From sequence record ON190025.1: a stretch of 64,000 nt of DNA. One strand, 5' to 3'. The translations under genes and the position numbers were made by a program. The notes beneath the pieces are model-generated. The model was not told the DNA's origin. It did no database searches and saw only the letters and a list, made by a program, of their open reading frames with translations. Shown in pieces: positions 9,016-19,300 of this stretch. Every line of letters begins with the position of its first letter. The first letter of the stretch is position 1.

Positions 9016-9528
9016 TTACCTCAGATAAATGAAGCTGTTCGAAAGACGGTCGTGAACTAAAAGATGACCATTTCGCTTAACCCAATATTCAATCGTCTTC
9101 AATTCGTGAGAGTCGCGTCGACCTATATTCCAATCATGAATCACATCATGCGCAACTGGCTGATATAGCTCATCACCACGGCGATAAGTAGGCATCCATT
9201 TAGGCTTGAATTCGTCCTTGATTACTAATGTTACGTTTTCATCACCTAAAGGGGCATTAGCAGAAACACCTTCTAATTCTTTCTTAACGTCGTCTGAAAG
9301 CTCTTTGACTACAATCGCGTCCGATTCATCGACTGATTCACAGCGCGTCTCAGACTCGATTACAGAGCATTCTAGTGGTAGTTCTTTAACCTCGCGTAGC
9401 TCGTGTGTGAATAACTCGTCGATCATCTTGCTTTTAGTCAGAGATTTATCAAGTTCGATGTCGTAGTACTCTTTTGCAAATTCTGCAACTACGCGCTTGG
9501 TTTGTTTCTTTAGATATTCTTTAATCAT
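9016..9528 (-). CDS. Inh paralogue
   Basis: EFAKEYYDIELDKSLTKSKM closely matches EFAKEYYGIELDRRKSKGAM of inh (3694); C-terminal KTIEYWVKRNGHLLVHDRLSNSF. Confidence 0.8.
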   Translation of the reverse strand: MIKEYLKKQTKRVVAEFAKEYYDIELDKSLTKSKMIDELFTHELREVKELPLECSVIESETRCESVDESDAIVVKELSDDVKKELEGVSANAPLGDENVTLVIKDEFKPKWMPTYRRGDELYQPVAHDVIHDWNIGRRDSHELKTIEYWVKRNGHLLVHDRLSNSFIYLR

Positions 9529-9537
9529 AGTTTTACC

Positions 9538-9747
9538 TTAGCATTCAATTGTTACCCACACATTTCGATTTAAATCGAAAAATGTAAGTTCATTATCTGC
9601 ACCGTTTTCATTTTTACGTTGTTCTTCTCGATTGCAATCAAGATGTGGTAGATAATGCTTGCATAAAGTCGCGTGATATTTCTTGCCTTTATGCTCAAAC
9701 TTAAAGCAACCATCTTTCATCTTGTAAAACATTTCGTCTCTTGTCAT
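9538..9747 (-). CDS. Small hypothetical protein (SH3/WYL_2-like pattern)
   Basis: GCFKFEHKGKKYHAT...TFFDLNRNVWVT; first gene of a late operon. Confidence 0.5.
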   Translation of the reverse strand: MTRDEMFYKMKDGCFKFEHKGKKYHATLCKHYLPHLDCNREEQRKNENGADNELTFFDLNRNVWVTIEC

Positions 9748-9760
9748 GAATTTAGACCTC

Positions 9761-9786
9761 TATAAATACAGTTATACATATTTAGA
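9761..9786. promoter_or_regulatory. Back-to-back late promoters
   Basis: TATAAATA (+, 9761-9768) before uvsW; TCTAAATA (-, 9779-9786) before the 9747 operon. Confidence 0.75.
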
Positions 9787-9811
9787 CAAAACTCGCATAG
9801 AGAGAAAAATC

Positions 9812-11341
9812 ATGACATGTGACATTAAAATTGAGTACCACGATGAGAGTTATGCGAGAGTCGTAGCCGAGCCAAGCATCACTCACGAAATGATTGACTA
9901 TTTCTCATTTCTAACAGATGGGTACAAATTTAACCCGAAATTTAAAATGGGCATTTGGGATGGCAAAATTCGACTAATGACGTATCAAGGTCTATTGCCA
10001 TACGGTCTAGTCGGACAAGCTAAAGCGTTTGCATCAAATATGATGTATACGATTGAAACCGATCCAATGCTAGATCCGATTGAGAAAATTTCTCGTGAAG
10101 ATTTCGAAGCATGGGTTGAGTCTATTGACATCTACTCAGGGTCGAATAAGATTTCACCGTATTGGTATCAGATGGACTCTGTGTTTCACGGAATTAACAA
10201 CCAACACAGTCTATTGAATCTACCAACATCTGCGGGTAAATCATTAATTCAGTCGCTGATTACTAAATGGTTCTTAGCACAAGAAGAGCACGAACTTCAG
10301 AAAGTATTAGTGATTGTACCTACAACTGCACTTGTCCAGCAAATGCGCGATGACTTCTTAGATTATCGTTTATTCGAACACAACGACATTTATCAGATTC
10401 GTGGTGGGGTTGATCGAGACGCAATCGGTGACTGCCGAATCGTTGTATCTACATGGCAATCTGCTGTAAAACAACCGAAAGAATGGTTTGACCAATTCGG
10501 TATGCTTTTAGTCGATGAGTGTCACTTGGCAACAGGTAAGTCATTAGACGGTATAATCAAGAAAATGACAAACTGTGAATACAAAATCGGTCTTACTGGC
10601 TCACTTCGAGACGGTAAAGCGAATATTCTACAGTACGTTGGTTCATTCGGTGATATTTTCCGACCTGTTTCAACTGCACAGCTAATGGAAGAAGGGCAAG
10701 TAACAGATCTGAAGATAAACTGTTTAATGCTTGAATACCCACAGCCGTTACGTGATGAAATGAAGGGCAGTTCGTATCAAGAAGAAATGAAATTCATTCT
10801 TGAGAACAAGCAGCGAAATCGTTACTTGATTAAGCTTGCGCATCATTTAAGCGCGAAGAAAGGCGAAAATACGTTATTGCTATTCAAGAACATCAAACAC
10901 GGTAAATTGCTTTACGAAGCGTTGAAGAGCGTATATGACCCAGAGAAAGTGTTCTACGTATCTGGTGAAACTAAAACTGACGACCGTACGCATGTTAAGA
11001 AGATTGCAGAAGATATTGACGGGGCTATTATCGTAGCATCGTATGGTGTATTCTCGACTGGTATCAGTATCAAGAAACTACACAACGTAATTTACGCACA
11101 TCCCACAAAATCAAAAATACTCACGCTGCAAAGTATTGGGCGTATTCTTCGTAAGCACGGTTCTAAAGTTACTGCAAAATTGTTTGACATTATTGATAAT
11201 TTGGGTGTCAAGTCAAAGCGCAAGAATGCTAAGAATCCATATAGTCATGTTAACTATACGCTAAAGCATGGCATGGCTCGCATTGAGCTTTACAACCAAG
11301 AGAATTTTCGCTATGCTGTAAAAAAGGTTGACTTGGAATAG
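9812..11341 (+). CDS. uvsW: UvsW DNA helicase (SF2)
   Basis: FSFLTDGYKFNPKFKMGIWDGKIRL, LPTSAGKS, DECH and QSIGRILR motifs. Start moved to 9812 by RBS and T4 alignment. Confidence 0.97.
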   Translation: MTCDIKIEYHDESYARVVAEPSITHEMIDYFSFLTDGYKFNPKFKMGIWDGKIRLMTYQGLLPYGLVGQAKAFASNMMYTIETDPMLDPIEKISREDFEAWVESIDIYSGSNKISPYWYQMDSVFHGINNQHSLLNLPTSAGKSLIQSLITKWFLAQEEHELQKVLVIVPTTALVQQMRDDFLDYRLFEHNDIYQIRGGVDRDAIGDCRIVVSTWQSAVKQPKEWFDQFGMLLVDECHLATGKSLDGIIKKMTNCEYKIGLTGSLRDGKANILQYVGSFGDIFRPVSTAQLMEEGQVTDLKINCLMLEYPQPLRDEMKGSSYQEEMKFILENKQRNRYLIKLAHHLSAKKGENTLLLFKNIKHGKLLYEALKSVYDPEKVFYVSGETKTDDRTHVKKIAEDIDGAIIVASYGVFSTGISIKKLHNVIYAHPTKSKILTLQSIGRILRKHGSKVTAKLFDIIDNLGVKSKRKNAKNPYSHVNYTLKHGMARIELYNQENFRYAVKKVDLE

Positions 11342-11345
11342 CGAA

Positions 11346-12143
11346 ATGAATTACGAACGAATTTATACCGAAATAATCGAAAATGCAGTGAACAGAGGGT
11401 GGACAAAAGAGTCTGCCCCTTGTTACACCGAACGGCATCACATTTTACCAAAGCGTGCCGGCGGAACGGACGATGAAAGTAATCTCGTTACGCTAACTGC
11501 AAGAGAACACATTATTGCACATCTTGTTCTAGCTAAAGCTAGAGGTGGGATATATTGGAGATGCGCTTCTGGTATGTTGATGAACGGTAATGGGTATAAT
11601 CGAGCCAATTCAGTTTCGTCAAGAACGTTAGCGTCAATTCGCGAGAAACACGCAGAACACATGAGTGATACTATGAAAGGTAACACGAATGCAGCGGGTG
11701 TTGTTTTTTCGGACGAACGTAAGAAAAATATTTCGAATGCAAAGAAGGGACGTTTTTCTGAGAAGCAGAGACGCGCTCTTGAGAAAAACTGGGATAGCGC
11801 GAAAGGTAGAAAAGATTCTGACGAAACTAGAAAGAAGCGTTCAGATGCAATGAAATCTAACGGGTTTGTGCCAGTTAAAGCAGGAGATTTCGAAACATGC
11901 TCGAACGCGGGTAAGGCAAATAAAGGAGTTAAGAAGTCGTTTCGTTCAGAAACACACATCGAGAACCTTAAAAAGTCTTTACCACGAGGAAAAGATCATT
12001 CGTGTGCGAAATCACTATACGTAGATGGGGTTTCGTACGATACAATGAAATCTGCCGCCGAAGCCTTAGGTATAACTGTTGATGCTATTCGCTATCGCTG
12101 TAAATCAAAATCTAAGAAGTTTGAGAATTATCAATTCGCATAG
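11346..12143 (+). mobile_element. Free-standing HNH homing endonuclease (Mob-like, NUMOD3 repeats)
   Basis: ERHHILPK-x-GGTDDESNLV-x-LTAREHIIAH; NUMOD3-like SDERKKNIS and SDETRKKRS; C-terminal HTH. Confidence 0.9.
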
Positions 12144-12148
12144 ATACG

Positions 12149-12177
12149 AAAAAGGGAGCAAATTGCTCCCTTTTTTT
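12149..12177. terminator. Bidirectional terminator
   Basis: A5-GGGAGC-AAATT-GCTCCC-T7. Confidence 0.9.
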
Positions 12178-12178
12178 A

Positions 12179-12289
12179 TTAGTCTGAAAAGATTGCTGAG
12201 AGAATCGCACCGATTAACTCAAAAAATAATTCAAATGGCGCCCATAGCCAGTCGAAGAACCCGCGATCTCGTTTACGATTCTTACTCAT
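12179..12289 (-). CDS. 36-aa basic/amphipathic peptide (not in ORF track)
   Basis: MSKNRKRDRGFFDWLWAPFELFFELIGAILSAIFSD*; starts 4 nt after the uvsY.-2 stop and ends at the terminator. Confidence 0.6.
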   Translation of the reverse strand: MSKNRKRDRGFFDWLWAPFELFFELIGAILSAIFSD

Positions 12290-12293
12290 ATCT

Positions 12294-12464
12294 TTACCCG
12301 TTTAGTAGTTGTGTTTCTACAAGTTGCGTTTCGCCACCAGACTCAGAAATCGACATTTCTGATAAATGTTGCTGGCATTGACCTGCATGGACTGTGCCTT
12401 GTGGCGTATCAATAGTGACATCGCCTTCTTTAATAGGTTGTTTACATACAACACAATGTGCCAT
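12294..12464 (-). CDS. uvsY.-2: UvsY.-2-like protein
   Basis: CVVCKQPI...GTVHAGQC...SES...ETQLL matches T4 uvsY.-2. Confidence 0.88.
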   Translation of the reverse strand: MAHCVVCKQPIKEGDVTIDTPQGTVHAGQCQQHLSEMSISESGGETQLVETQLLNG

Positions 12465-12628
12465 TAGTCTAACCCCTTTTTTATAAGTGATTGATAGAGA
12501 TAAAACCCATCGACTTGTAAAGAGCCATGAAGTTCCCATCCCTCGTTAAGTAGTTTCTGCACTTCCTCTTCAAAAGTTCTTGAATTATTGCCATGCACTA
12601 CTTTGTATTTAATGTAATCAGTCTGCAT
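12464..12628 (-). CDS. 54-aa DUF1737-like protein (not in ORF track)
   Basis: MQTDYIKYKVVHGNNSRTFEEEVQKLLNEGWELHGSL...; TAATG coupling to the next gene. Confidence 0.65.
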   Translation of the reverse strand: MQTDYIKYKVVHGNNSRTFEEEVQKLLNEGWELHGSLQVDGFYLYQSLIKKGLD

Positions 12629-12629
12629 A

Positions 12630-13043
12630 TTACAGACCGATTGCTAGTTTGAACAACTGAGACGCCTTACCACCATCGAAAACTTTACCTGTAGCTTTTA
12701 GAGCGCCCATTAGTTTACCCATGTCACGCATAGAATCAGCACCAGTTTCTAGAACAAAGTTAGAAACGAACGTGTCTAGATCTGATTCAGAGATTTTTGC
12801 AGGTAGTAGAGACTCAAGAACTGCGTTTTCTGCGTTCAGAATGTCTACATGATCGCCTTGTGCGTGTTCAAGAGCAAGTTTGTTGTTGTCAATCGCGCTT
12901 GAGATTACTTTGATGCAAGACTCGTCATCGTGTTTTTGACGACGGTCAAGTTCACCCATAATGACACCGAGTACAGACGCAACTGCGTTGTTACGGTCTT
13001 TACGAGCTTGTAGGCGTGTTGTTTTAATTGTTTCGATGATCAT
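12630..13043 (-). CDS. GatB/YqeY-domain protein
   Basis: AENAVLESLLPAKISESDL...MRDMGKLMGALK...DGGKAS. Confidence 0.85.
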   Translation of the reverse strand: MIIETIKTTRLQARKDRNNAVASVLGVIMGELDRRQKHDDESCIKVISSAIDNNKLALEHAQGDHVDILNAENAVLESLLPAKISESDLDTFVSNFVLETGADSMRDMGKLMGALKATGKVFDGGKASQLFKLAIGL

Positions 13044-13453
13044 ACTATACCACTCTCAATTTTTCTGTTGTCAATAATGTGTTTGATTGTGAAGCCCATT
13101 TGACTAATGCCTTTCAAAGCTTCTTCGATGAATGATAACACATCTTTCATGTGTTGAAAAGTAGCAATTGCACGTTGAAGATATTCATCACCCGCAAGAG
13201 CATATTTCATTTCACTCTTTTCTACGATGAAATCACAAACTTCATCGTCATGTTTGCCGCTATAAAAGAGCCAGCGGTCTTTTCTCACAGCTTCCATTTT
13301 CATTTCAGCTTTGATAAGTAGTTGTCTTGCATCGGCTCGGTATGCAAGCCACTTCGCATGAAGAACGGGAATTCGAATAGCTGCTGTTTCTAAAGCAGTT
13401 GTGTCAATTTTCACGTCTTCGTGATATTCAATTTTTAAATCTTGTAGCTTCAT
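13040..13453 (-). CDS. uvsY: UvsY recombination mediator
   Basis: EDVKIDTT-x-LE...LHAKWL...FYSGK...KSEMK...GFTIKHI; 137 aa. Confidence 0.96.
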   Translation of the reverse strand: MKLQDLKIEYHEDVKIDTTALETAAIRIPVLHAKWLAYRADARQLLIKAEMKMEAVRKDRWLFYSGKHDDEVCDFIVEKSEMKYALAGDEYLQRAIATFQHMKDVLSFIEEALKGISQMGFTIKHIIDNRKIESGIV

Positions 13454-13471
13454 AATAACCTCGCGTCATCA

Positions 13472-13501
13472 AGTATACATTTCATCATTGGTTGCTTAAA
13501 C
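13472..13501 (-). promoter_or_regulatory. Class II (GTTTA-type) promoter for uvsY
   Basis: GTTTAAG-17-TATACT. Confidence 0.65.
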
Positions 13502-13502
13502 A

Positions 13503-13572
13503 CTAATCCCTCTAATACTTCTAATATCACTAAAAGCACTAATACTACTAAGATGAGACGGAATTTTTCCGC
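13503..13572. repeat. 9-bp periodic CTAA array plus short palindrome; 61 bp duplicated (inverted) at 56161-56221
   Basis: CTAA at 13503, 13512, 13521, 13530, 13539, 13548, then GACGGAATTTTTCCGC; 60/61 identity with copy 2. Confidence 0.95.
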
Positions 13573-13598
13573 CTCTTACCGTTTTTCGCTTCGCGTAT

Positions 13599-13624
13599 AA
13601 AAAAAGCCCCGAAGGGCTCTTTTA
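13599..13624 (-). terminator. Terminator of the 34-35 operon
   Basis: Minus strand AGCCC-TTCG-GGGCT-T7. Confidence 0.9.
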
Positions 13625-16315
13625 TTTCATTGCAAAGTCGATTGCAGTGAAGTTGTCTTCAAACGAACTAGCAACATTGACTTCAGTAACAATTGGGAAA
13701 GCCCACATTACTTGATTTTCAACGGCTGTTTCATCTTTGTATCGAAGTATCAACTTATCATCATCAGCATTCCATCTAAAAGACTTGTCTGCGTTTGTGG
13801 TGTAATAACCTACACCCTTTGATGTCTGATATGTCGGATCATCTTCTGGGTTTATTACACCGAAATAGTTGTTAAACTTATCAGCAAACGCTTGATGTTG
13901 TGCATCTGTCCAATCATGTGGTAGAATATACCCCTGCAATAAAACCCATTGATTGTTTGAAGCAGGAAACCCGTACACTCTGTCAACATTGATATATGTA
14001 GATGTTCGACTACCGTCTGATAATCTCAGAGTTCTATAGTCACCAGATGAATTCTTGACACGTACACTGAAATATAAGAAGCTATTTTGCTTGTCTATAG
14101 CATTAACCCATAACGATAAGAAGTATGGTCGAGATGGATCGATTGATACTTCTTGCATTTCAATTGGAGATGATGAGCCTGCTGTACGTGTGAAACACTT
14201 TTCACCGCCTGAAAGTACATAATTACCCCATTGAACGTTGTCAATTTCTTGTACTGGCATATTAATACCTGCATACAAGTTTGAATCTGCGTTATATGCT
14301 CGCCACCAGCTATCGTCATCAACTACGTTACCTGTAATCGGTGAATTGACAATCTCTTGAGCAGCGATACCGTTTATGTTCGAAATCATATGAGGTATAC
14401 CACTCGGGGTTGACATTCCGCCTTTAGTCAATATGACGTAATCAAAGTACTCTGGTTGTAAGTCAGACCAAACTCCAAATTTAACTGCACCTGTTGGTAC
14501 TTGTACGAAAAATTCTTGAGTTTCTTTTTTCTCTGCACTGTAAAAATGAATATTCTGTCTGCCTACTTCATCGCCAACTACGTTGTAGAATCGAAGATTC
14601 GCCATTTTGTCTGCATTCGCGATTGCTGAATTTCGATCAATACATGCACGAGCTTTGTAAATCAAGTACTGTCCGTCGATTACACCATAATCTGAAAGAA
14701 GATAACGTTTATCAGTAGGAACAGTCATTGTTTCGAGTAAAGGAATTCCGTACCCGTTTGAACCAATCCCTGCTTTATCTTCGAATGCAGTATCAACAAC
14801 ACTGTCACCGTCAGATTCATGGTCGAACATACAACGATCATATACAATACCTAATTGGCCTGTCCCGAATGCACAGTAACTATAACTGTATTGACTGAAG
14901 TAAGAGCTACCGCGATACTCAATCGGGTGATACTGTTGAATTGCAGCATCTACCGCAGAATCTGCGTACATTGACCCATTTGATAGAATAACAAACGGCT
15001 CTGTTGTTAACCCGTTCAGCCCGTTGATGAAGTTGCTACGTTCTGTAGAACTACTCAGAAGATATTTTCTATTAGTTTTGACTGTCATATCGTCGTTGAA
15101 TATAATCAAACGAACTTGATATTGTTGTTTAGCTTCGGGTGTGAATAGACTAACATCATTCAAATAACATGATGCTAGATTCGAACTACCGTTCGCGACA
15201 CCTGTTGCTAACAGTCTGATATTATTATTTGAAAAATCTCTGATATGTCTAGCCGACACTTCATATTCACCGATTCTTGAACCGACGGGAGCATAAATCC
15301 ATAATTCTGCTATATTTACGTTAATACCCGGTCCCGGGAATGTCGTAGTCGCGTCTGGCCAAGAACGTTTAGCACCGATAGCCCAATACCAATTTGATAT
15401 ATCGACTGAACCATCTGCTAAAGTACTAGCTGAAACGCTGAATTCAATACCACCCCAATCGTTTGCAGTGCTTTCGATGTAAACAGGTTCATAACCCCTA
15501 ACCCCACGAGCGGTAGCATCGTAATCGCCAGTATAGTTCTTGACGATTTGCGAATCCGTGATCATGAAGTTCGTCAACCAACGTTTTCCTGTTGGTAATT
15601 TCCCAGCATCGTTTGTGTAGCAACAATACCAGTACATGCTACTTGACGAAAGAGTACTAGGCGTTGTGAAACGAGCATAGTGACGTTTCCAAAGAATCCC
15701 GTCAACTATTATTTCGTTTCCTGCTGATTCGAACACGTCACCCGCAGTATGTTCGCCTAATGTATAATCATTATTGGAACCGTCATACCAACGAGCGTGA
15801 AATATAGCTGCTGTGTCGTGATCAGCGTCTACTTCATACCCAACCCAACATGACAATGTGTATGTTTTGTTTGGTTTTAAACGCGATTGTGGCACTTGAA
15901 AACGTAATTGGTCTTCTAGTGCCGCAGTCGGTTGCTCAACGACGTATTTTGATGACCCTGGGTTTTCTTTCTCAACAATAACCCAAGAACCGATTTTTGC
16001 ATTTTGTTCAGTGACGTATTCCCCACCCGCTAAGTTACCGTTTGTAAGATATTGACCTACATCAATAGCTGCAAAGTTACTACTTTGCTTCCAGATGTTT
16101 GTTACATCCAATTCTGGGTAATGAAGCTTGAATTGGAATTTGCCGTCTTCACGGCGAAATTCCTCAAGTGAGTTCAACGCACTGAATTTTTGTTCAACGT
16201 CGGGATTTGTCCCGACGCTGCGTGCTTCAGCATCGGAGGTGAAAAACACACCTCCTGTTGAATCATGGCGAAAGATTAATAGCCAATCGCCGTCACGTTT
16301 AAGTCTTTCGTACAT
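13622..16315 (-). CDS. 35: Long tail fibre hinge gp35, expanded with extra domains
   Basis: Central region matches T4 gp35 (LSDYGVIDGQYLIYKA...NLRFYN...VQVPTGAVKF...GGMS...NGI); follows gp34. Confidence 0.85.
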   Translation of the reverse strand: MYERLKRDGDWLLIFRHDSTGGVFFTSDAEARSVGTNPDVEQKFSALNSLEEFRREDGKFQFKLHYPELDVTNIWKQSSNFAAIDVGQYLTNGNLAGGEYVTEQNAKIGSWVIVEKENPGSSKYVVEQPTAALEDQLRFQVPQSRLKPNKTYTLSCWVGYEVDADHDTAAIFHARWYDGSNNDYTLGEHTAGDVFESAGNEIIVDGILWKRHYARFTTPSTLSSSSMYWYCCYTNDAGKLPTGKRWLTNFMITDSQIVKNYTGDYDATARGVRGYEPVYIESTANDWGGIEFSVSASTLADGSVDISNWYWAIGAKRSWPDATTTFPGPGINVNIAELWIYAPVGSRIGEYEVSARHIRDFSNNNIRLLATGVANGSSNLASCYLNDVSLFTPEAKQQYQVRLIIFNDDMTVKTNRKYLLSSSTERSNFINGLNGLTTEPFVILSNGSMYADSAVDAAIQQYHPIEYRGSSYFSQYSYSYCAFGTGQLGIVYDRCMFDHESDGDSVVDTAFEDKAGIGSNGYGIPLLETMTVPTDKRYLLSDYGVIDGQYLIYKARACIDRNSAIANADKMANLRFYNVVGDEVGRQNIHFYSAEKKETQEFFVQVPTGAVKFGVWSDLQPEYFDYVILTKGGMSTPSGIPHMISNINGIAAQEIVNSPITGNVVDDDSWWRAYNADSNLYAGINMPVQEIDNVQWGNYVLSGGEKCFTRTAGSSSPIEMQEVSIDPSRPYFLSLWVNAIDKQNSFLYFSVRVKNSSGDYRTLRLSDGSRTSTYINVDRVYGFPASNNQWVLLQGYILPHDWTDAQHQAFADKFNNYFGVINPEDDPTYQTSKGVGYYTTNADKSFRWNADDDKLILRYKDETAVENQVMWAFPIVTEVNVASSFEDNFTAIDFAMK

Positions 16316-16323
16316 AAATCACC

Positions 16324-19300
16324 TTATATAGCGTGTCCGTACGTAAACTCCAACACGCCTTGATTATTAGTTGACATTCTTACAGAACCAACTTGAATGT
16401 AGTCTCTGTATTTAACGCTCTCACCTGTACCACCGTCTGGCGTGAACAAGTCGATACGCTCAGATAGAGTCTTACCAGCACCAGCCGATAGAGCTTGGTG
16501 TGGGTCTGAAGCATTCACTGGGTCTGCTGTACGCACGTCACTTGTTACTTGTACAATACCCTGATTCGTGCGGCTTGATTTGCGCAGACGATCATTGTTA
16601 ATTGTACCCGTTGTGATGTTCTCACCTGAGTGAGCGTGACTGTAATCATTAACTTGAATGTTTGTAGTAACGTTTCCGCTACCATCTAACGTAAAGTTAC
16701 CAGACAAGTCGCCGGTGAACGTTACTGTACGCGCTGTAACCCACTTCTCAGACGCTTTAGCTACGTTGTTAATACCCAAGTACTTCTGACGAAGTGAACC
16801 GCTTGACGGGCTCGAATAAGACCCGTATGTTGTATCAACGTTAGCAGTCGCTTCATTTTCATATATTGTATCACCGAACGATGCCCCACCTGGTTGAGTC
16901 GTATAACCAGTTGAGTTTACTTGCCATCGAGTTGTGTCACCTGCCCCTGCGATTGAGAATGGTGAAGAAGACCCGTTACCACTACCGCCCACACGAATGC
17001 GAGGTTCGTCATTAAACCAGTCGAGTTTTACACTCGCTGCGTCGTTCGTTGGGTTTGCAACTAAGAAATAACCGCCACCTTTCGTTTGCACGAATTCGCC
17101 ACTAAACGTATACGTGCCATTGATTGTTTGGTCGATGTCACGACGTGCAAATTGTGTACTGTTCAAGCCATCTAGTAATTCTGAGTCATCAGCTTTAGCG
17201 TTTAGCGGTAAGTAGTTGCGCAATGCATAATGCAGACCGTAAGGTGAAACTGCATATGGAACACGCAAGTACGACGTATACGCTTGTGTTGAACCGTCTG
17301 TACTGTTACCAACAAATGTTTCTGCTGGTGTTGCGATTTGTACGTTACCATAACGACTTTCATTTGCACGTGAGCTGTCAGAGTAACGAGTCCAGTGTAG
17401 CAAATCACTCGGAGTAACAACAATTTCATTACTAGCTGTCGCTGCTTCGACTTCAGCTTGAGTCGCAAGACGCACGATACCCGTTTGATTTTCTGTAGCA
17501 CGACGCGCATTTAACTTCTGTGGTGTGATGATTACATCATCAAGCGCACCAGCTTGGGCATTCGCTTCTACTTGAGTCGCAACTTGTAGTGTACCACGTT
17601 GTGTTTCAGTCGCTGACGCGATGCTGAATGTAACGTCGCCCCACACTGTACCAGTATGCGATAGACCATCTGTTCCTGCCGTCACGAAATGGTCACGATC
17701 AAGCCATGTCTTCAGTTTAAGTGGTGAAACAATACGAGTATCGTCTGTCCCTGAGTCAACTTCAGTTTGAGTTGCGATTTCCGCAACACCACGACGTGAT
17801 TCAGTTGCTGTTCTGCTATTCAACGTTTCTGGTGTGATGAAGACTGTTGTCCACGATTCACCAGTTCCTGTTGTTGCATTTGCTTCAGACTGTGTGGCAG
17901 AACGAGCAATACCACGAACCGTTGAGCTTGCTTTCCACGCTGCTAATTTCTTAGGCGTGATGATCGCGTTATCAACTGTTGAGTCGTTGATGCGGAGTTC
18001 ACTGCTCTTAGCAACCCATAATGTACCAGGTTGATTCTCTGTAGCACGATACTCATCAAGCATTTTTGGCGTTACGATACGCAGATGATCAGTTTTATCA
18101 TATACTGTATTGTCAAGACCATTTACTGAACGGTCTGAACGCATATTCGCTGTTGATGTAACAATACCACCAGCATTGATGTTGTTCGACGCTTCGACTA
18201 GTTTTGCAACACCTGTTAGATCTTCTTCAGCTTGTGCAGCGTGGAATTTCATCGGTGTTAGAACTTGAACATCGTTAGTTGTGCTTCGCGTCTCGTTTTG
18301 AGTTGCGATTTCAACTACACCGCGACGTGTTTCAGTTGCTGTACGCGCATTCAAACTACGTGGTGTTATGAACAGATCATGTCTGAAGTTTGTATCTGGG
18401 TAACGAACAAACGTACCAGAACGCGATTCTTCAAGAGCTTCATCAGTTCCAAGAGTAGCAACACGAGCCATACCAACTTGCTGTTCACCTGCACGACGAG
18501 CGTCAAGCGTCTCTACCGTGATTACGTGGTCTTTCAGTGGGTTTTGATCAGCCCAAGGGTCTGCTGCATCTTCAGGGTGCGCATATTCAATCCCGTGTGC
18601 TAGAGCTTCCGTTGGGTCAGCTAATGGCACGATACCCGGGCGTTTACGGTATAGTTCATCAGCGATATCGATACGAGTCGCGATGTTACCGAACGACCAT
18701 ACTTTACGACTCGCGTCGTAGTATAGAACTAGTGAATAACCGCTGTCATAATCACTAATTTCGAATGATTCAACGAAGAATGGAACGAAATCAACGTAAT
18801 GACGGTATTTTTGATAACGATATGTTTCAAAGTCCAAGAATACTTTGTATTCATCGGGACCATGACCGGGGTCATCATCACCGAAATTCGGGTGAACTTG
18901 AATCGTTACTTTCTTATGAGCTGTTTTGTTGTGTGAGATCTCAATCCAGTCACCATCTGCTGGGTTTTCTGGTAGTGTGATCGTCATTGCAGGAACAGCA
19001 TCTGCGATTTCGATAGCGTAACGAGAACGAGGCTTCAATTCAACCGCGCTTGAATCCCCGACATAGTTCCATAAATGCGGGTTGTTCGCGATTGTGATTA
19101 CCCATACGCCAGTACCGTTATCATCGATAAATGTGATATCAGCGCCGCCGATAGTATCAAGACTGATAACAGAACTACGTTCGCCTGAAATAGGGTCTTG
19201 AATAACCTGACCCGTAGCAGTCGGGTTCACACCGATTTGAATCGACGTTTGATTCTCAAGATACGCAACATCTTTAAGATGAATTGTATCGCCCACGTTC

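Noticed and set aside
9746-9811. N-terminal extension of UvsW given in the ORF track
   Set aside because: It spans the late promoters; T4 alignment and the RBS support a start at 9812.
11438-11959. 173-aa antisense ORF inside the HNH gene
   Set aside because: Shadow of the sense gene; no RBS, promoter or motif.
13503-13556. 9-bp periodic array as a CRISPR mini-array
   Set aside because: No spacers, units only 9 bp, and no cas genes.
17200-18500. ATE-x-RRG-x-x-EIATQ repeats in gp34 as a novel repeat system
   Set aside because: Known repeat architecture of T4-type gp34.
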